DNA of 56,944 nucleotides, the filler included, from Sphacelaria rigidula (taxonomy: Eukaryota): NCBI GenBank assembly GCA_964200075.2. It is 5 parts of 5 records of this genome, joined end to end, with 100 filler letters (N's around TTAATTAATTAA, not from the genome) between each part and the next. Parts side by side here need not be neighbours in the genome. Positions count along the whole stretch, not along the records: positions 11,411 to 22,720 come from CAXNAA020005086.1; positions 22,821 to 34,129 come from CAXNAA020005087.1; 3 more parts are not named here. The stretch is one strand, 5' to 3'. Position numbers and translations under genes: made by a program. Every line of letters starts with the position of its first letter. Position 1 is the first letter of the stretch. The notes under the pieces were generated by a model, which made no database searches, was not told where the DNA came from, and saw only the letters and a program-made list of their open reading frames with translations. Positions 12,838 through 24,800 of this stretch are shown here, one piece after another.

Positions 12838-13830
12838 TCAAGAAATGAAACCATATTTCGAAGATTGGGTGTAGATACGAAGATTTTATTTTTCCGGGTT
12901 TCTAACTTGAATAAAAAAGTCCATCCCAATTCGTTAAACCCCGCGTTCACGCGCAGAACAACGCATAGACCAATAGCCCATCATAGTCACGCTCAATAGC
13001 TCATCAGTCCTGCTCACTTGATGAAATATGCCCCTACCCCCCCCCCCCCACCCTTTTCACGAAAAACAAGCGAACCTGAAGTCCAACATGGCGCAAACTT
13101 TCATGTTTGATGAGTACTGTTGCTACATATGCGGGGGAAGAACAAGTAAGCACGGGCATCAATCAAGTTCGTTATTTCACTCACATATGTGTGTATAAGT
13201 AGATTGTTCCCTGTTTACCGAATAGTTTTACTGAAAAAATACCGAAGAAAACGACTCACAGGCATACACGCAAATTTCCAGTCTCCTCACAGAAAGCTTC
13301 AAGGAGACAGGAAAGGTTGCCCTTGCTGGTTGCTGCGGCTCTTTCATCATGTTTGTGGTGAAAACAGCACTGGACGAAACAAACTTTGGACACCTTGAAA
13401 CACACGAGTCATTAAGGGGCCAACAAAAGGATCAAAGGTTTGTCGTCCTCCACCACTACTACGACTATGATTACTACTGCTAGGTTACACGCTCTCCCCT
13501 TCCGACGGAACGTTTTGCTTCTATCTTCTCCGCCCCCCTTACATGGAGAACAAGCACAAAAACAACGAGAAAATGAGGACATACAGCAACATCGTACCTA
13601 AATCTATATATAGTACAGCCCATGAACAATACACATACATGGAGCTACTGCAATACTATTTGGTACCATCACTCCATCACCAGGATACCGCTTGGCAGGT
13701 CTGCTTCCGGCCAAATACGTTGAAAAATTGCAAATCCTCAACCCATTTTTCAGGGAGGCATGTCCCACACATTCATGCAGTCATCGGTCCGTTGAACATG
13801 GAGAGATGACGTGTATCATTGACGAGGATA

Positions 13831-13904
13831 CTACCCCGGGCGGGTTATCTTAACTCTATCATTACCCCGAGCGGATTATCTTAACTCGATCATTACCCCG
13901 AGCG
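13831..13904. repeat. 31-bp tandem repeat, ~2.4 copies
   Basis: Unit TACCCCG(G/A)GCGG(G/A)TTATCTTAACTC(T/G)ATCAT read directly. Confidence 0.8.
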
Positions 13905-16682
13905 AACCCCATCATTACAACGACCACTGGTATCCGGCCGAGCAAGTTCATGTATCTTCGACCCGATGGAACAAACATGAGCAAGGGAATTTTCCGGCCT
14001 AACCTCGTTTACGCTCTCTTGACTGTTTACCCTTTGTCACCAAATTAAGGGTACTCATATCTCCAGCCTTTTCCCACCAGATAACGGGTACATGACATGA
14101 AGGGTACACTGCCGTTGTTAGCATGCAAAAGGTACAAACCAGAAAAAAAGCACGCAATCGAGCGGATGATGATCTTCTCGGCATTTTCTTCGGGGCAACA
14201 CCACATGCACGCTTACATCGATAACACCAAAACCCATCGGTATACGGGGACAAGGAACCACGATCGGAATGAACTACAGCTTGTTTGTCACACAAACACA
14301 AGAAAAACACAATCTTTCACGAATCGATCGATTTTACAATCAGCCTATGATACAAACGTCTGCAGGTCTCCATGCACAATCAACGGGGTAATACATTATC
14401 GCGGTTATCTCGACATGCAATTACTAATTGTTTATTCCAGCTCTCGTCACAGAGCAATCACGACAGTACCTCCAATAAGTACGCCGTCTCTCGTACCGCT
14501 TACATCATCAAAATATCGCAAAATCTTCTCTCTTGCAAAAAACAAAATGCAAACGAACGGTACTTGAAGGTGAAAATATGAAAACTACTTGTCCAGAATT
14601 TTGACCAGCCCCTCTCCTCTCCCCGTCCACCGCAAAATCAGAACAATTTTCAGAAAATTACCCTTGGACTGAAAATAGCACGCAGCCAGCCATCCAGCCA
14701 ATATGACGATTCCACAACACGCCGCGGCAACCAACATGCATGCGCAAACGACTGAATAAAAATGAACCCAATAGGCACTCAACTTCAAATTAGAACCACG
14801 GACAAGACGCACGACTCTCTCAGCGTGCGATCGAGTTGGACAAGTACCTATGCAGAGACGTACACGTAATATGCAAAGAAAAAAAGTGCAATTGAACAAG
14901 AACCCGACCTACCCATTTACCTACCCTACCTACATACGTACATACCTATGGAAGACAGTTGGTCTCTCCATCGCCGGGAGGAAGGGGACAGCAATAACAA
15001 CGACAAAAACAGCGACGATGACAACAGCAACAAATTGCGCAAAAAGGGGTGCCTCGGATGAACTACAAAATCCCACAACACCCATCATCAACCACCCACG
15101 TTCACAACAATCACCGCACACCACAGCAACAGGGTCAGGTCAAGTCAAGAGCTGAAAAGTCTGTAACGGTCGGTGCCCGGTTCTCTCTCTCTGTCTCTGA
15201 CTCTATTCCCTCCGTTTCTCTTCCGTCTGCTTTATACAACGGGGGGTGGGGGGACACAATCATAAATGCAAGAGTAAACATCACCGTATACCGAGTTCAG
15301 TCTCCCTACACACGACAGAAACGCGTCGCAACAGACGGAACAAAGAAGAGAAAATGAAAAGACGCCCGCTTGCCGTGAGTGTTGACAAACCGTCACACGA
15401 CCGGCGCAAATATTTCGACGCAGCCGCCTTGCCTTACCTGATGATTAACACACGAAGCACATAACACACACAAAACACACAAGTGTGTCCTGACTATTCG
15501 TTCAACTTGAGAGACCCAGCGCCATACATTCCACGTCAGTCGCACTACAGTACCAAAAAAAAAAAGCAAACACAATACGATTGCGCTTCCCGCATCCCAC
15601 CCTCCTCTCTTTCCAAACCGGCTGAGGCACCCAAAGCACCCAAAACAGCGCGTGACATGCGTCAGCAGCGACCACCCCAAAAACACGTGCCACACACAGT
15701 ACTGCTTAACGATCCCCTCAGCCTTACAGACTGCTTCCAATATCACCCCTCCAATTTACCCCGTTCGTTTCTCCACGCCCTCTCACGCAGACCCAGTAGC
15801 GATTGATATACCCCTATACCCTATGGTCATCTTTCATCAGGCCACACGGGAGAGAACATACTCTACTGTGGAATTCAAGTGAGAAAGCCATACCCCCCGG
15901 GAACGAAGAATGAAAAAACAGCACCGGACAGCGGCAGCCGTGAGACCTGGAGCCAACACCAAAAAGCTAGATCACAAATATATCTACCATGTTGTGAACG
16001 CCACGCACCTCGCATGTCCCCGAATCGCACATGACCAGCGAAACACAAAACGAAACAGCGATGCGATACAACAGCCGAACCCACACATCTACCCAGCATC
16101 ACCCGCGAATAGCAATTCTCAAAATTAACTTCCCCCATGATACCTTCAACTCCCCTGCCTCCCGACATATACGTACATGAAACATAACCGGCATCTGTCA
16201 AAATCACACAAAGGCCACCCTACGCGGAATGTTTCCATATAACACACGAGCGTCGTGCATCACACACGTCTTGTTCTTTTGCTTCGTCGGGTTTCTTGCC
16301 CCCCTTTCTGACCAATCCATCCTTATTGCCACCACGATCACCTACAGCGTAGCGCCTCTGACACAAACGCCTGGTGCGTTAACGGTATTTTCACAGCCGT
16401 CAGTATCTCACCAGCTACGATGCTACCCAGCACAAAGAAAACAGGTGCTTCGAACGAAAATATCTCTTGATGGACCATATCAAAGGCATCCCAACTGGAG
16501 AACATCCTTGCGATGGGGTGAGGGAAGGAAGGCGCGGGGTATTTGGTGGACAAACGCATGACGGACGCTTTGCAGTGATGAGTACAGCACACACCGACGT
16601 GGTTGTCGAGAAAAAAGGAGCGTTTGCAAACACATCGCCCGCCCCGGCCGGGGTTGTTTTCAACGCGCTTGAACAGTGGGTG

Positions 16683-17156
16683 TCAGAGGGACATTCTACC
16701 ACTGCCACCCATGGATACAGCACGGCCCCCTCCTCCAAGACGCGAAGACTCGGCAGCACACATATGCATGTCCACATCAGATCCCGGGATATCGTAGGAG
16801 CCGCACCCACCACCGTCGGCGCCTTCAAGATTCATCATGAAGAGGCGATCGATAGAATTAACATTCTCGGGCTCTGCCGCTCCCGCGGACCCGTGTTCCC
16901 CGCCCCTCGGGTTGAACAGTCCAGACGTGGGGTTCACGCTATCACCGCCCAGTTTCAAGCCGCCGATCGCATCATATGAACTGAGCGATCGATGGCGCGG
17001 TCGCACCGGCGGCGGTCCAGACGACAGCGAAGCAAGGGCATCCTCCGCCGTCTGTTCGCTGAGGCCCTCAGCGAAAATAGATCCCTCGCCCCCGGGTGAC
17101 GACATGCCGGCAAACGATGTTGCTGCCGTAGATGCAGGGGATAGGTTGCACAATAT

Positions 17157-17189
<33 letters not shown>

Positions 17190-18616
17190 CTGCCCGTGTT
17201 TTCCCTGTTGTTGATCGCTCAGCGCGAGCACCGTATCTTCCAACGGTTGGTGTCCCGGCTGTTTCTGCCGACCATGCAGGGTTGATACGGGAGCTACCAA
17301 GGCCCCAGTAGCTAGTCCATCAAACCCGCCGCCGCCCGTCTCCCTTACTTGCCCCCCCTCTCTGTCAGGGCTCATTTGCTCGTCGCGCTGGTGAAGGCCC
17401 GGTCGCTGATTTTGGATATTCTCAGACTGTCGACGCTGTTGAGAAAAGGAGAACGAAGACGATAGCGGCGACGAAGCCATCGCAAGCACCTGATCCAAAT
17501 GCCGGCCCGAAACACCTTGTCGCTGCTGCTGCTGCTGCATCGTCGCGCCGCGGGAGGTATTGCCCCCCGCCAGGTTATTCTGTAATCCAGCTGCCGAAGC
17601 CGCTGCCCGAGGTAGAGGACACGCGGTGGTTGGCAGGTCCACACTTTCCTGCATCAAATCCCGTAGCCATTTCTCGCCCACCTCGGTTGGAGGAAACCCT
17701 CGACCACTATCCGCGGGCCCTGCATCCAACAGCGGCGGGGTGTGGGCGGCGGCCGACTCATCGCCGACGCGGTCGGTGTTACTCCTGCCGGCACCACCGT
17801 TGCGAGGGTCACAAAACTCATGCGAGACACCCGTCGGTATACCGCCCACCGTGTCGCCGCCGTCGCCGCCGATAGACAACAGACCCTGCGTATACGCGTC
17901 GACTCCCGTTAGAATTCCGGCCGGCGACTGCCACATGTCTACGAGTGCTGCATTCGGTGACGACCGCGGAGGCCACGACCCCGTCGAAGACACCACGCTT
18001 TCCCCTTTCGTAGCCGTGCCAGCCAAGTTCAGGCGCTGATCACTTCCGCCACCAACCGGCTTGCGTCCGATGCGGTCAAGCCAGTCGGCGGCGGTGTCGT
18101 CGCCGCAACCGTCGCCATCAAATCTTGACCCCGTCGGAGGCAGCTCCTCGTCGCCACCACTGCTACCACCGCCGCCGCCGAACGCGCTCGCGGGGAGGCT
18201 GCTGCAGCTGCGCACCATAAGCGCCGGCATCATGCTGCTGGTGCTTGAGTCAAATATACTGCCGCCGCCGTCATCGTACAGCGACGAGTTGGATATTACG
18301 CTTTCCGCTGTCGCAATCGCGCTCATGCTGGCGACCGTCGACAGATCCGAAAACCCGCTGCTGCTGGTGTATTGCAATGATGAAATCGATCCACCACCCC
18401 TCCCGCCCACGCCAGTGACGATGCCACTGCCCCCAGGCCCCCGACCCGCGAAGCCCCCGTCGGACGATCCCGTGCGGAACCACTGCGGCGGTGAGGTGTC
18501 CGCGCGGCGGTGGCTCCACATGCCCGCCGACGGCATGCTCTGCCCCGCTCTACCCCCGAGCTGCTGCTCCGCGCCCAAACTCCAAGTCCGCGCCAACGAA
18601 GCACCTTCCGGAATCC
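16683..18616 (-). CDS. Large, probably terminal exon of an uncharacterised Gly/Ser/Gln-rich disordered protein
   Basis: About 644 open codons with high GC, polyQ tracts and a TGA at 16685-16683. Acceptor ttttgacatcag|GG at 18618/18617; phase 1 matches the donor of the upstream exon (ATC G|GG ATT). No recognisable globular domain. Confidence 0.8.
17157..17188 (-). repeat. (CAG)n coding microsatellite (polyQ)
   Basis: (TGC)n on the + strand; encodes a Q run of about 10 residues in the 16683-18616 exon. Confidence 0.9.
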
Positions 18617-19001
18617 CTGATGTCAAAAGAGTATACGAAAACAGGATTGCTCAGCAAAGATCTGATCGATGATTACCCGCTGTTGGCGAGAAGACTTTTC
18701 TGGCGCTCTAGGGGGGGTTCTTACTCCCGACCCCCAGTATCACAGCCGCTGGATCTTCCACTACATATTTCGGAGCATTTGTCGGCCAGCCCGAGGGCAG
18801 TTCGCAACTCGGAAGCGGGTCATCGTACTACGATTTCGGTGCCACTCACGCTAAAATCACTAGCGTCGTCTTTTTGTGTGACACAGCGTTCTTGTCAGCC
18901 GTCGGCGATGGTAGAATTGAGATACTCAAGGCATCCAGCGAGTATTGCTTCCCATCGTTTTTGTACAAAACTGCATGAATATGTGCACATGTACTACTTA
19001 C

Positions 19002-19478
19002 CGATTTCCCGTCCACAGCCCCCCCGCTCCTGGCCAGAGGTAAACCACGCGTGCTTCTTGGCGGGTCGGAGAAGGTCCAAGTGCGCCCCCGCCAGCCCGT
19101 TGGCGAAGTCAATGCTACTTCCTACTCCACCGCCGCTCTTGGCGCCGCCAATGCCCCCCTCGTGAATCACCGCGTCTCGGGGAGTTGCGCGACTGCGCTT
19201 CCCATATTTCGCGGCGAACAACGACGCGCTTCCACGGGTGCTCTCTCCCTCGCCCGCCTTTACGCCCACCGCTACGCTTCCCGTCTTGCTGTCGCCAGCG
19301 CCTGCGCCGCCGATTCTGATGGGACTTGAGATGCAGAATTTTCCGACGCTAAACCGACCTGCTGGATTGATTCTACTTGGAATCTCTCCGCTGCTTCTGC
19401 TGCCGAAAGATCCAGTGCTTCCGCCACCGATGCTGCCGCTGCGGGGAGTCCTCGGGCCCGAAGATCCGCTGCTGGCAA
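19002..19478 (-). CDS. Internal exon of the same disordered protein
   Basis: ttgcgcgcag|TTGCCAGC ... GAAATCG|gtaagt (phase 1-1). Encodes ASSGSSGPRTPRSGS...KYGKRSR...RPAKKHAW...GREI, with basic NLS-like patches. Confidence 0.8.
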
Positions 19479-21045
19479 CTGCGCGCAACGGAAATACAAT
19501 GTGCCACGAGTAGGTTAAGTGGTTTGCTTGCTTGTAAAACAGGCACGCACAAATACCTCGACACAATCGATATAACGTACTCTCGAGGAATTGGCTGACG
19601 CCGCGTTGAAAACATCCCGCGAAGATTCGACACGGATTCAGGTGCCCACATCCAATATTTTTCAGAAGGTTTGGCACAACTGTGTTTCGATACTACCCAA
19701 GCCGAGCAAACACCTGCTCCGACACATGCGTAGACGATGGACAACACCGTGTGCTCTACGGAGTGGTGATTTTTCGTCATCTTCTTCCCTTCCAATCCTC
19801 ATCGCGACATCACGAGACCCTACCCTCTCGAGGAAAACCGTCTATCACAGGATTACTATGCGACATGTCCCTCCTATGATACAAAAGAACTCTGCGGCGG
19901 TATGCTGCAAGCAGCGCAGCCGTGTGTGCGCGTAGGCGAGGTATGCCCTTCGCTAATTCCAAGAGAATGCGGACTCGATCCCACTTGAGTTACATAGGGG
20001 GCTGGTCTACTCCGTATACTCCATCACCCACGACTACTGTACATGGAGCTCAGATCTTTTGGTATTGGCAATGGAAAAGTGTGGATTTCGAGGCGCTGTT
20101 TCTTGAACGACAGATGGTTGAGTATCTACAGCTTTCACGCAAAACTGTTAGCCTGAGGTGTGTTTTCAGACCCGCATAAAAATGTGCCCCAATGTCGCAG
20201 GGGACTCAGTATACAGAACATAGACAGGTGGCATCGATTTTGATTTGGATAGATTCTCCGCAGCCGGCTGTTGATTTCGGCTGTGTGCACAAACTTGGAC
20301 AAACTTGACCCGTTGCGTCCCTCACTGGACCAAACTAATCCGACCGCACCCGGGTGACATTTTTGGTACGCGCTGGACGTATGCTGGTGGATTCTTCGGT
20401 GGTCTTCCGCCGTGAAAATGATTGCCGTCGGTTTTTTCTGTTCCCATTTTTTCTCCTTCGTCAGGGCTTGAAAACATGAGGCGTCTGGCCCGCGGACGGA
20501 AGGGGAGGGTTTCCAAAGGGTTGACTCTTTTTAGCTGTACGACATAGATGGGATCCAGGACAGGTGAGCCACTTGACACATATGATAACATCCACTTCTC
20601 GCTCGACATACTATATACTTGAGCATAAAGTTAGGGCTGGCGGAATATCCGATATGCTGTCATCACGAGCGGTGTTCTCAAAAAAGAGAGGAGCTGCTCA
20701 TCTGAAGCGTCGGGGTTTTCACTATCAGGGTTCGAAGATCCGTCGTTGATTTTGTTCCGAAATGAGCCCAGATCCCAAGGTGTTGTGAACAACCAGCACC
20801 CTCCATGTGATATTGTATCAACCTCAATTTTCCCGAGCAGAACCTAACCTGCATTTTGGCCTCACCAACCAATGGACCTTGACGAAGCATCATTCCGAAG
20901 ACACTGCTTACAGCAGACCGAGGCCGACTGCAGTTTGTGACGTAGTCAAATCAATATCGCAAAAACCTCGTGACACAGGGGTGGAGGAGCGCTCCTCCTT
21001 CGCTTTTATGGCGTATCTCTCCTCCCCCACACTTGCTTGCTTACT

Positions 21046-21118
21046 TGCTCCGTCTCGAAAGGGATGCGTGGTCAATGGTCAAATGACTAAAGCAAGCAAC
21101 AAATGAGTACGCTCCCCA
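21046..21118 (+). mobile_element. 3' end of LINE family A
   Basis: GCTCCGTCTCGAAAGGGATGCGTGGTCAATGGTCAAATGACTAAAGCAAGCAACAAATGAGTACG followed by a C/CA run; near-identical to 21776-21850. Confidence 0.85.
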
Positions 21119-21132
21119 CACACACACACACT

Positions 21133-21236
21133 TACGAGCCTGGTCCGGCGAAAACCCGGCGCTCCATCCCGACTTTGTTGGGATGCGAGGTCAATTGTCT
21201 CATGACTATGGCATGCATGATCATGAGTACACCCTC
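21133..21236 (+). mobile_element. 3' end of retroposon family B
   Basis: ...GGGATGCGAGGTCAATTGTCTCATGACTATGGCATGCATGATCATGAGTACACCC, repeated at 22821-22900 and, shorter, at 24129-24152. Confidence 0.75.
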
Positions 21237-21299
21237 CACACACTTGCATAGATTCATGATTAGTCACCCGGCGGTTCGAAGCTGTTCATCCCCTGAGCA

Positions 21300-21935
21300 T
21301 ACCCACAATGATACACGGGGGGTTGAGAGAGGAAATAGGAATGAAAGCATATTTGCATGGCCCAATGGACACTGCGAAAAATATGAAACTGCGATTCCGG
21401 GTGGAGGACCTGGACCTGCCAGAAAGAAGGAAGAGATCAACCAGTCGTCGAGAGGAGGAGGAAGTAAAGGGACAGAATTGCCCCTGTGGAAAAGCAGTAG
21501 AGAGCAGAAGTCATAGAGTGGCAAAATGTGAATTATACAAGGAGGAACGGGACGTACTAGAGGGGGAAATGCGGAACGTGAACGAGGATGGCATGATATC
21601 ATTTGATGCATTAGACAGTAGGGAGAAAACGAGGGCTATACTAGGAAATAGATGGTGGCCGTAGACGGCGAAACAGAACGGGGATAAGATATGTAAAAGG
21701 TGTTTGTGTAATGTATGGAAGGAACGTAATGAGCGCCGAAATGTAGGAGGTGTCTCTATAAGGAGTAGGAACGGTGCTCCGTCTCGAAAGGGATGCGTGG
21801 TCAATGGTCAAACGACCAAGGCAAGCAACCAACGAGTACGACCCCCCCACCCCCATCGTCCATCTCGAAAGAGATACGTAGTCAACGGTCAAACGACTGA
21901 GGCAAGCAACAAATGAGTACTCCCCCGCCCCCCAC
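21300..21935 (+). mobile_element. 5'-truncated non-LTR retrotransposon (LINE family A): ORF2 C-terminus with zinc knuckle plus duplicated 3' end
   Basis: ORF 21308-21664 has KLRFR...CPCGKAVESRSHRVAKC (CCHC-type motif typical of LINE ORF2 C-termini). The reading continues after an in-frame TAG as ...NVWKERNERRNVGGVSIRSRNGAPSRKGCVVNGQTTKASN. An extra 3'-end copy lies at 21860-21935. Confidence 0.8.
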
Positions 21936-22140
21936 CCCTGCCCTCGTCCGCACTTTCCATGCACCCGCATGAATCTTTACCTAGCACAGTACTTGCATTG
22001 CACTGTACCGTACTGTGATATCTACTGCGGGATCAGCTGAATCACGAACTCGCGGCCCACCGACCCCTTACTTGTCTTGTTGTATTTTATTTTTTCAACC
22101 AATTCTCGTTCTCATGTTCTTCATTCAGACACAGCAGTAG

Positions 22141-22250
22141 AAGAAAAAAAAAGAGAAGGAAAAAAAAAAAACTCTACTGCCGGCATTCGAGCTCCCACAA
22201 ACTCCGCTGAAAGCAGCGTTGACGTGAACCTATTCCGCCATGGCGGCGCA
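22141..22250 (-). mobile_element. tRNA-derived SINE-like head
   Basis: Minus strand shows A-box-like TGGCGGAATAGG (22240-22229), B-box-like GCTCGAATGCC (22192-22182), then a T-run. No full cloverleaf. Confidence 0.55.
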
Positions 22251-22720
22251 GCGGCAATATTCTCGGTGCGGGGTGTCCCATCTTCAAGGCGGGATTCCCC
22301 CGTAAGACCATGTCTCATTGAGATAGAATTTCTTCGACCGGAAAAATTGAAATTCCAAGACATTCAACACTGATACTTCCTTTTTCACCTTGAGTTCGGA
22401 GATACCGCCGCCAAATGTCTGTTCGAAAGTTTTGTTGAATATAGTACAATCCTCATCAACTTGGCACATTTTTTCATGCCCAGTTGTATTTTCGTCAATT
22501 GGCCATTTGCGAAATCTAAGAGCCCATTTCGCGAATCGGAAAAGTGAATTAGGCTGCTCCTCTCAGTTAGGTGGTGTCCTGCGTAGTGTCCAACACAGGT
22601 AGCGGCGATATTTCTGGTTTTCAGGTCCTGGAACAGTGTCAAACGTCCACGGTGAGGACAAATCATCACGACTCAAAATCACCAGATTCACGATTTCTTC
22701 GGCCTGATTGCCCAAAAGGG

Positions 22721-22820
22721 NNNNNNNNNNNNNNNNNNNNNNNNNNNNNNNNNNNNNNNNNNNNTTAATTAATTAANNNNNNNNNNNNNNNNNNNNNNNN
22801 NNNNNNNNNNNNNNNNNNNN
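22721..22820. other. artificial contig spacer
   Basis: N44-TTAATTAATTAA-N44. Confidence 0.99.
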
Positions 22821-22900
22821 GGCTTGCTCCGTCCCGGCTTTGTAGGGATGCGAGGCTAATGGTCTCATGACTATGTCATGCATGATCATGAGTACACCCC
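22821..22900 (+). mobile_element. 3' end of retroposon family B at contig start
   Basis: Matches 21157-21236; ends ATGAGTACACCCC. Confidence 0.75.
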
Positions 22901-23470
22901 ATCCTGTTCTGGTATGTTTTTGTCCGTCATATTTCCCTTTTTGTAGGCTCGTTGTTCGTCGTGCCGTCCTTTGCCCATTGTCGCATCGTCTTACCGTACC
23001 TTGCCTTACGGTGCCTTGCGTTGCCTTCCTTGTCTTGTCTTGTCTTGCCTTACCCTGTTGTGACGTGTTCGGTATCCCGCCCTATGTAGTCTCCCTTTTT
23101 TTGGCTTTTTGGCCTCCTATGCCCCACGTATCATCTAGCCAACACTTGTTTTCGTATTTGAGCTTGCTCTTACGAGCCGTACACATATTTTTTCTTTTGT
23201 TTTTTTCTTTTGACGTATATGGAACTGGGTCCTTCGGGGTGCTTTGCTTTCGTGTTCATGGGTGTGTGTGTGTGTGTGTGTTTCCCTTGTTTTCTGTTTC
23301 GTTGAGCCATGGCTGTGACCGTGGGGGCTGAATTTCTGATGAAAAATGCGCTAACATTTTGATAAATAAAAACAGCATCCATCCCAAATCGCCTCCAGAA
23401 AAAAGTAGCTCGTCCTCCCACGGCCGTATTTCAGCATTTACTCGGCCACTGTCAAATGAAGAGCTGAGCC

Positions 23471-23810
23471 GGTCGCCCCGGTGGCTCCGTTGGTAACCTC
23501 GTAACCTTCTGATGGTTGAGCTGTGGAGTTCGATTCCCGGAGCGATCTGAGATTTTTTCTTACACCATGCCCAACAGTGGAGAGCGATAATGTCGTGGGT
23601 ACACAAAATTCGACTGAATGGTTGAGGAGGGAAAGGGACTCCTGAACCCATCTCGCGATAAAAAATAAAAGGCAAGCACCGCAGAAGGAAAGTGGGGTAT
23701 TACAAACAAATAAAAAAGAAGAAGCTCCTGTGTCGACCCTTCTCCTGTGCGACCCCGGCTTATGCGCCCACATATCCCGAAAGGGGTAGACTGGCGCCCA
23801 AAATAAATGG
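23471..23810 (+). mobile_element. tRNA-derived SINE-like element
   Basis: A-box TGGCTCCGTTGG (23482-23493) and B-box GAGTTCGATTCCC (23526-23538) at tRNA-like spacing, followed by a non-tRNA body. The 3' boundary is approximate. Confidence 0.65.
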
Positions 23811-23939
23811 GACGACAATACTCACAACAAGTTTTTGCCTCGTAGCATGACTTGAAAACCAACGTCCCCAGCGATAGGCACCCTCATCACTCGTTTCCCG
23901 ACTGGTGCGAAGACACATTTTTCACCCCCACACCCAGGC

Positions 23940-24152
23940 TCTATTAGGAGTAAGAACGGTGCTCCATCTCGAAAGGGATACGTGGTCAATAGTCAAACGA
24001 CTAAGGCAAGCAACAAATGAGTACGCAACACTCCACGCCCCCCCCCCCGCCCGAGATTTGCTGCGCAACCCCCGGTCNNNNNNNNNNGCAAGCAACAAAT
24101 GAGTACGCCCCGCCCCCCACCCCCACCCTCATGATCATGGGTACACCCCCAC
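23940..24152 (+). mobile_element. Stack of retroposon 3' ends (family A, A, B) with an internal 10-N gap at 24078-24087
   Basis: Two ...GCAAGCAACAAATGAGTACG + C-run ends, followed by CATGATCATGGGTACA + C-run. Confidence 0.8.
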
Positions 24153-24420
24153 CCTCCTCGCTCCCTTGTACCTTCCGATAGTATATCATGTTCTATTGCG
24201 CCTGTTCCCATAATATGTTATGTTGTACTATTTTCCACTGCATGTTTATCCTTCTTTACTCGCGAATCAGACTTGCCACACTCCTCTGCCCACAGCGACA
24301 GTCAGCACCGAAATCAAAAGACAATCAAAACAGAACCAACACACAACTACGCGATGCTTCCATACACAGCATCACAATTGCGTGTTTCGGTTATCGTAAC
24401 ATGTGCCATGTGCGTTCCAG

Positions 24421-24534
24421 GTGTATGCGCAATATCCATCTCTGCTGGCCGAACAAACGGCCTATTCCACGGCAGCTGCCACGATGGACCTTCGACATTA
24501 CCGGCTCAACAACTATGCCATTGAGAGCGAGAAG
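24421..24534 (+). CDS. glycosyltransferase exon
   Basis: ttccag|GTGTAT...GAGAAG|gtgggt, phase 0-0. Confidence 0.8.
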
Positions 24535-24729
24535 GTGGGTAATCGTCCTGTTCATATGACAAGGACTGATTGACTCATGGGGAGACTGATTGACTATTGC
24601 TCACTGTCTTAGTTTCCCCCGCAGGACTCCAGTCGTGGTCATTGTCCACAATATGCACGTATCCAAGGTGAACAAAAGGGAATAGACGATCAAAAGCCAA
24701 ACTCCTGTGCTTCACCAACCTGTTCACCG

Positions 24730-24800
<71 letters not shown>

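Noticed and set aside
16467..19513. Multiple long + strand ORFs
   Set aside because: Antisense shadows of the GC-rich minus-strand exons.
20322..20609. Minus-strand ORF as an upstream exon of the disordered-protein gene
   Set aside because: A plausible acceptor exists but no convincing phase-compatible donor or domain signal; left uncalled.
24625..24667. Possible extra exon cgcag|GACTCC...CCAAG|gt after the first glycosyltransferase exon
   Set aside because: 43 bp would shift the frame; direct joining of 24534 to 28286 already gives a continuous family-like sequence.
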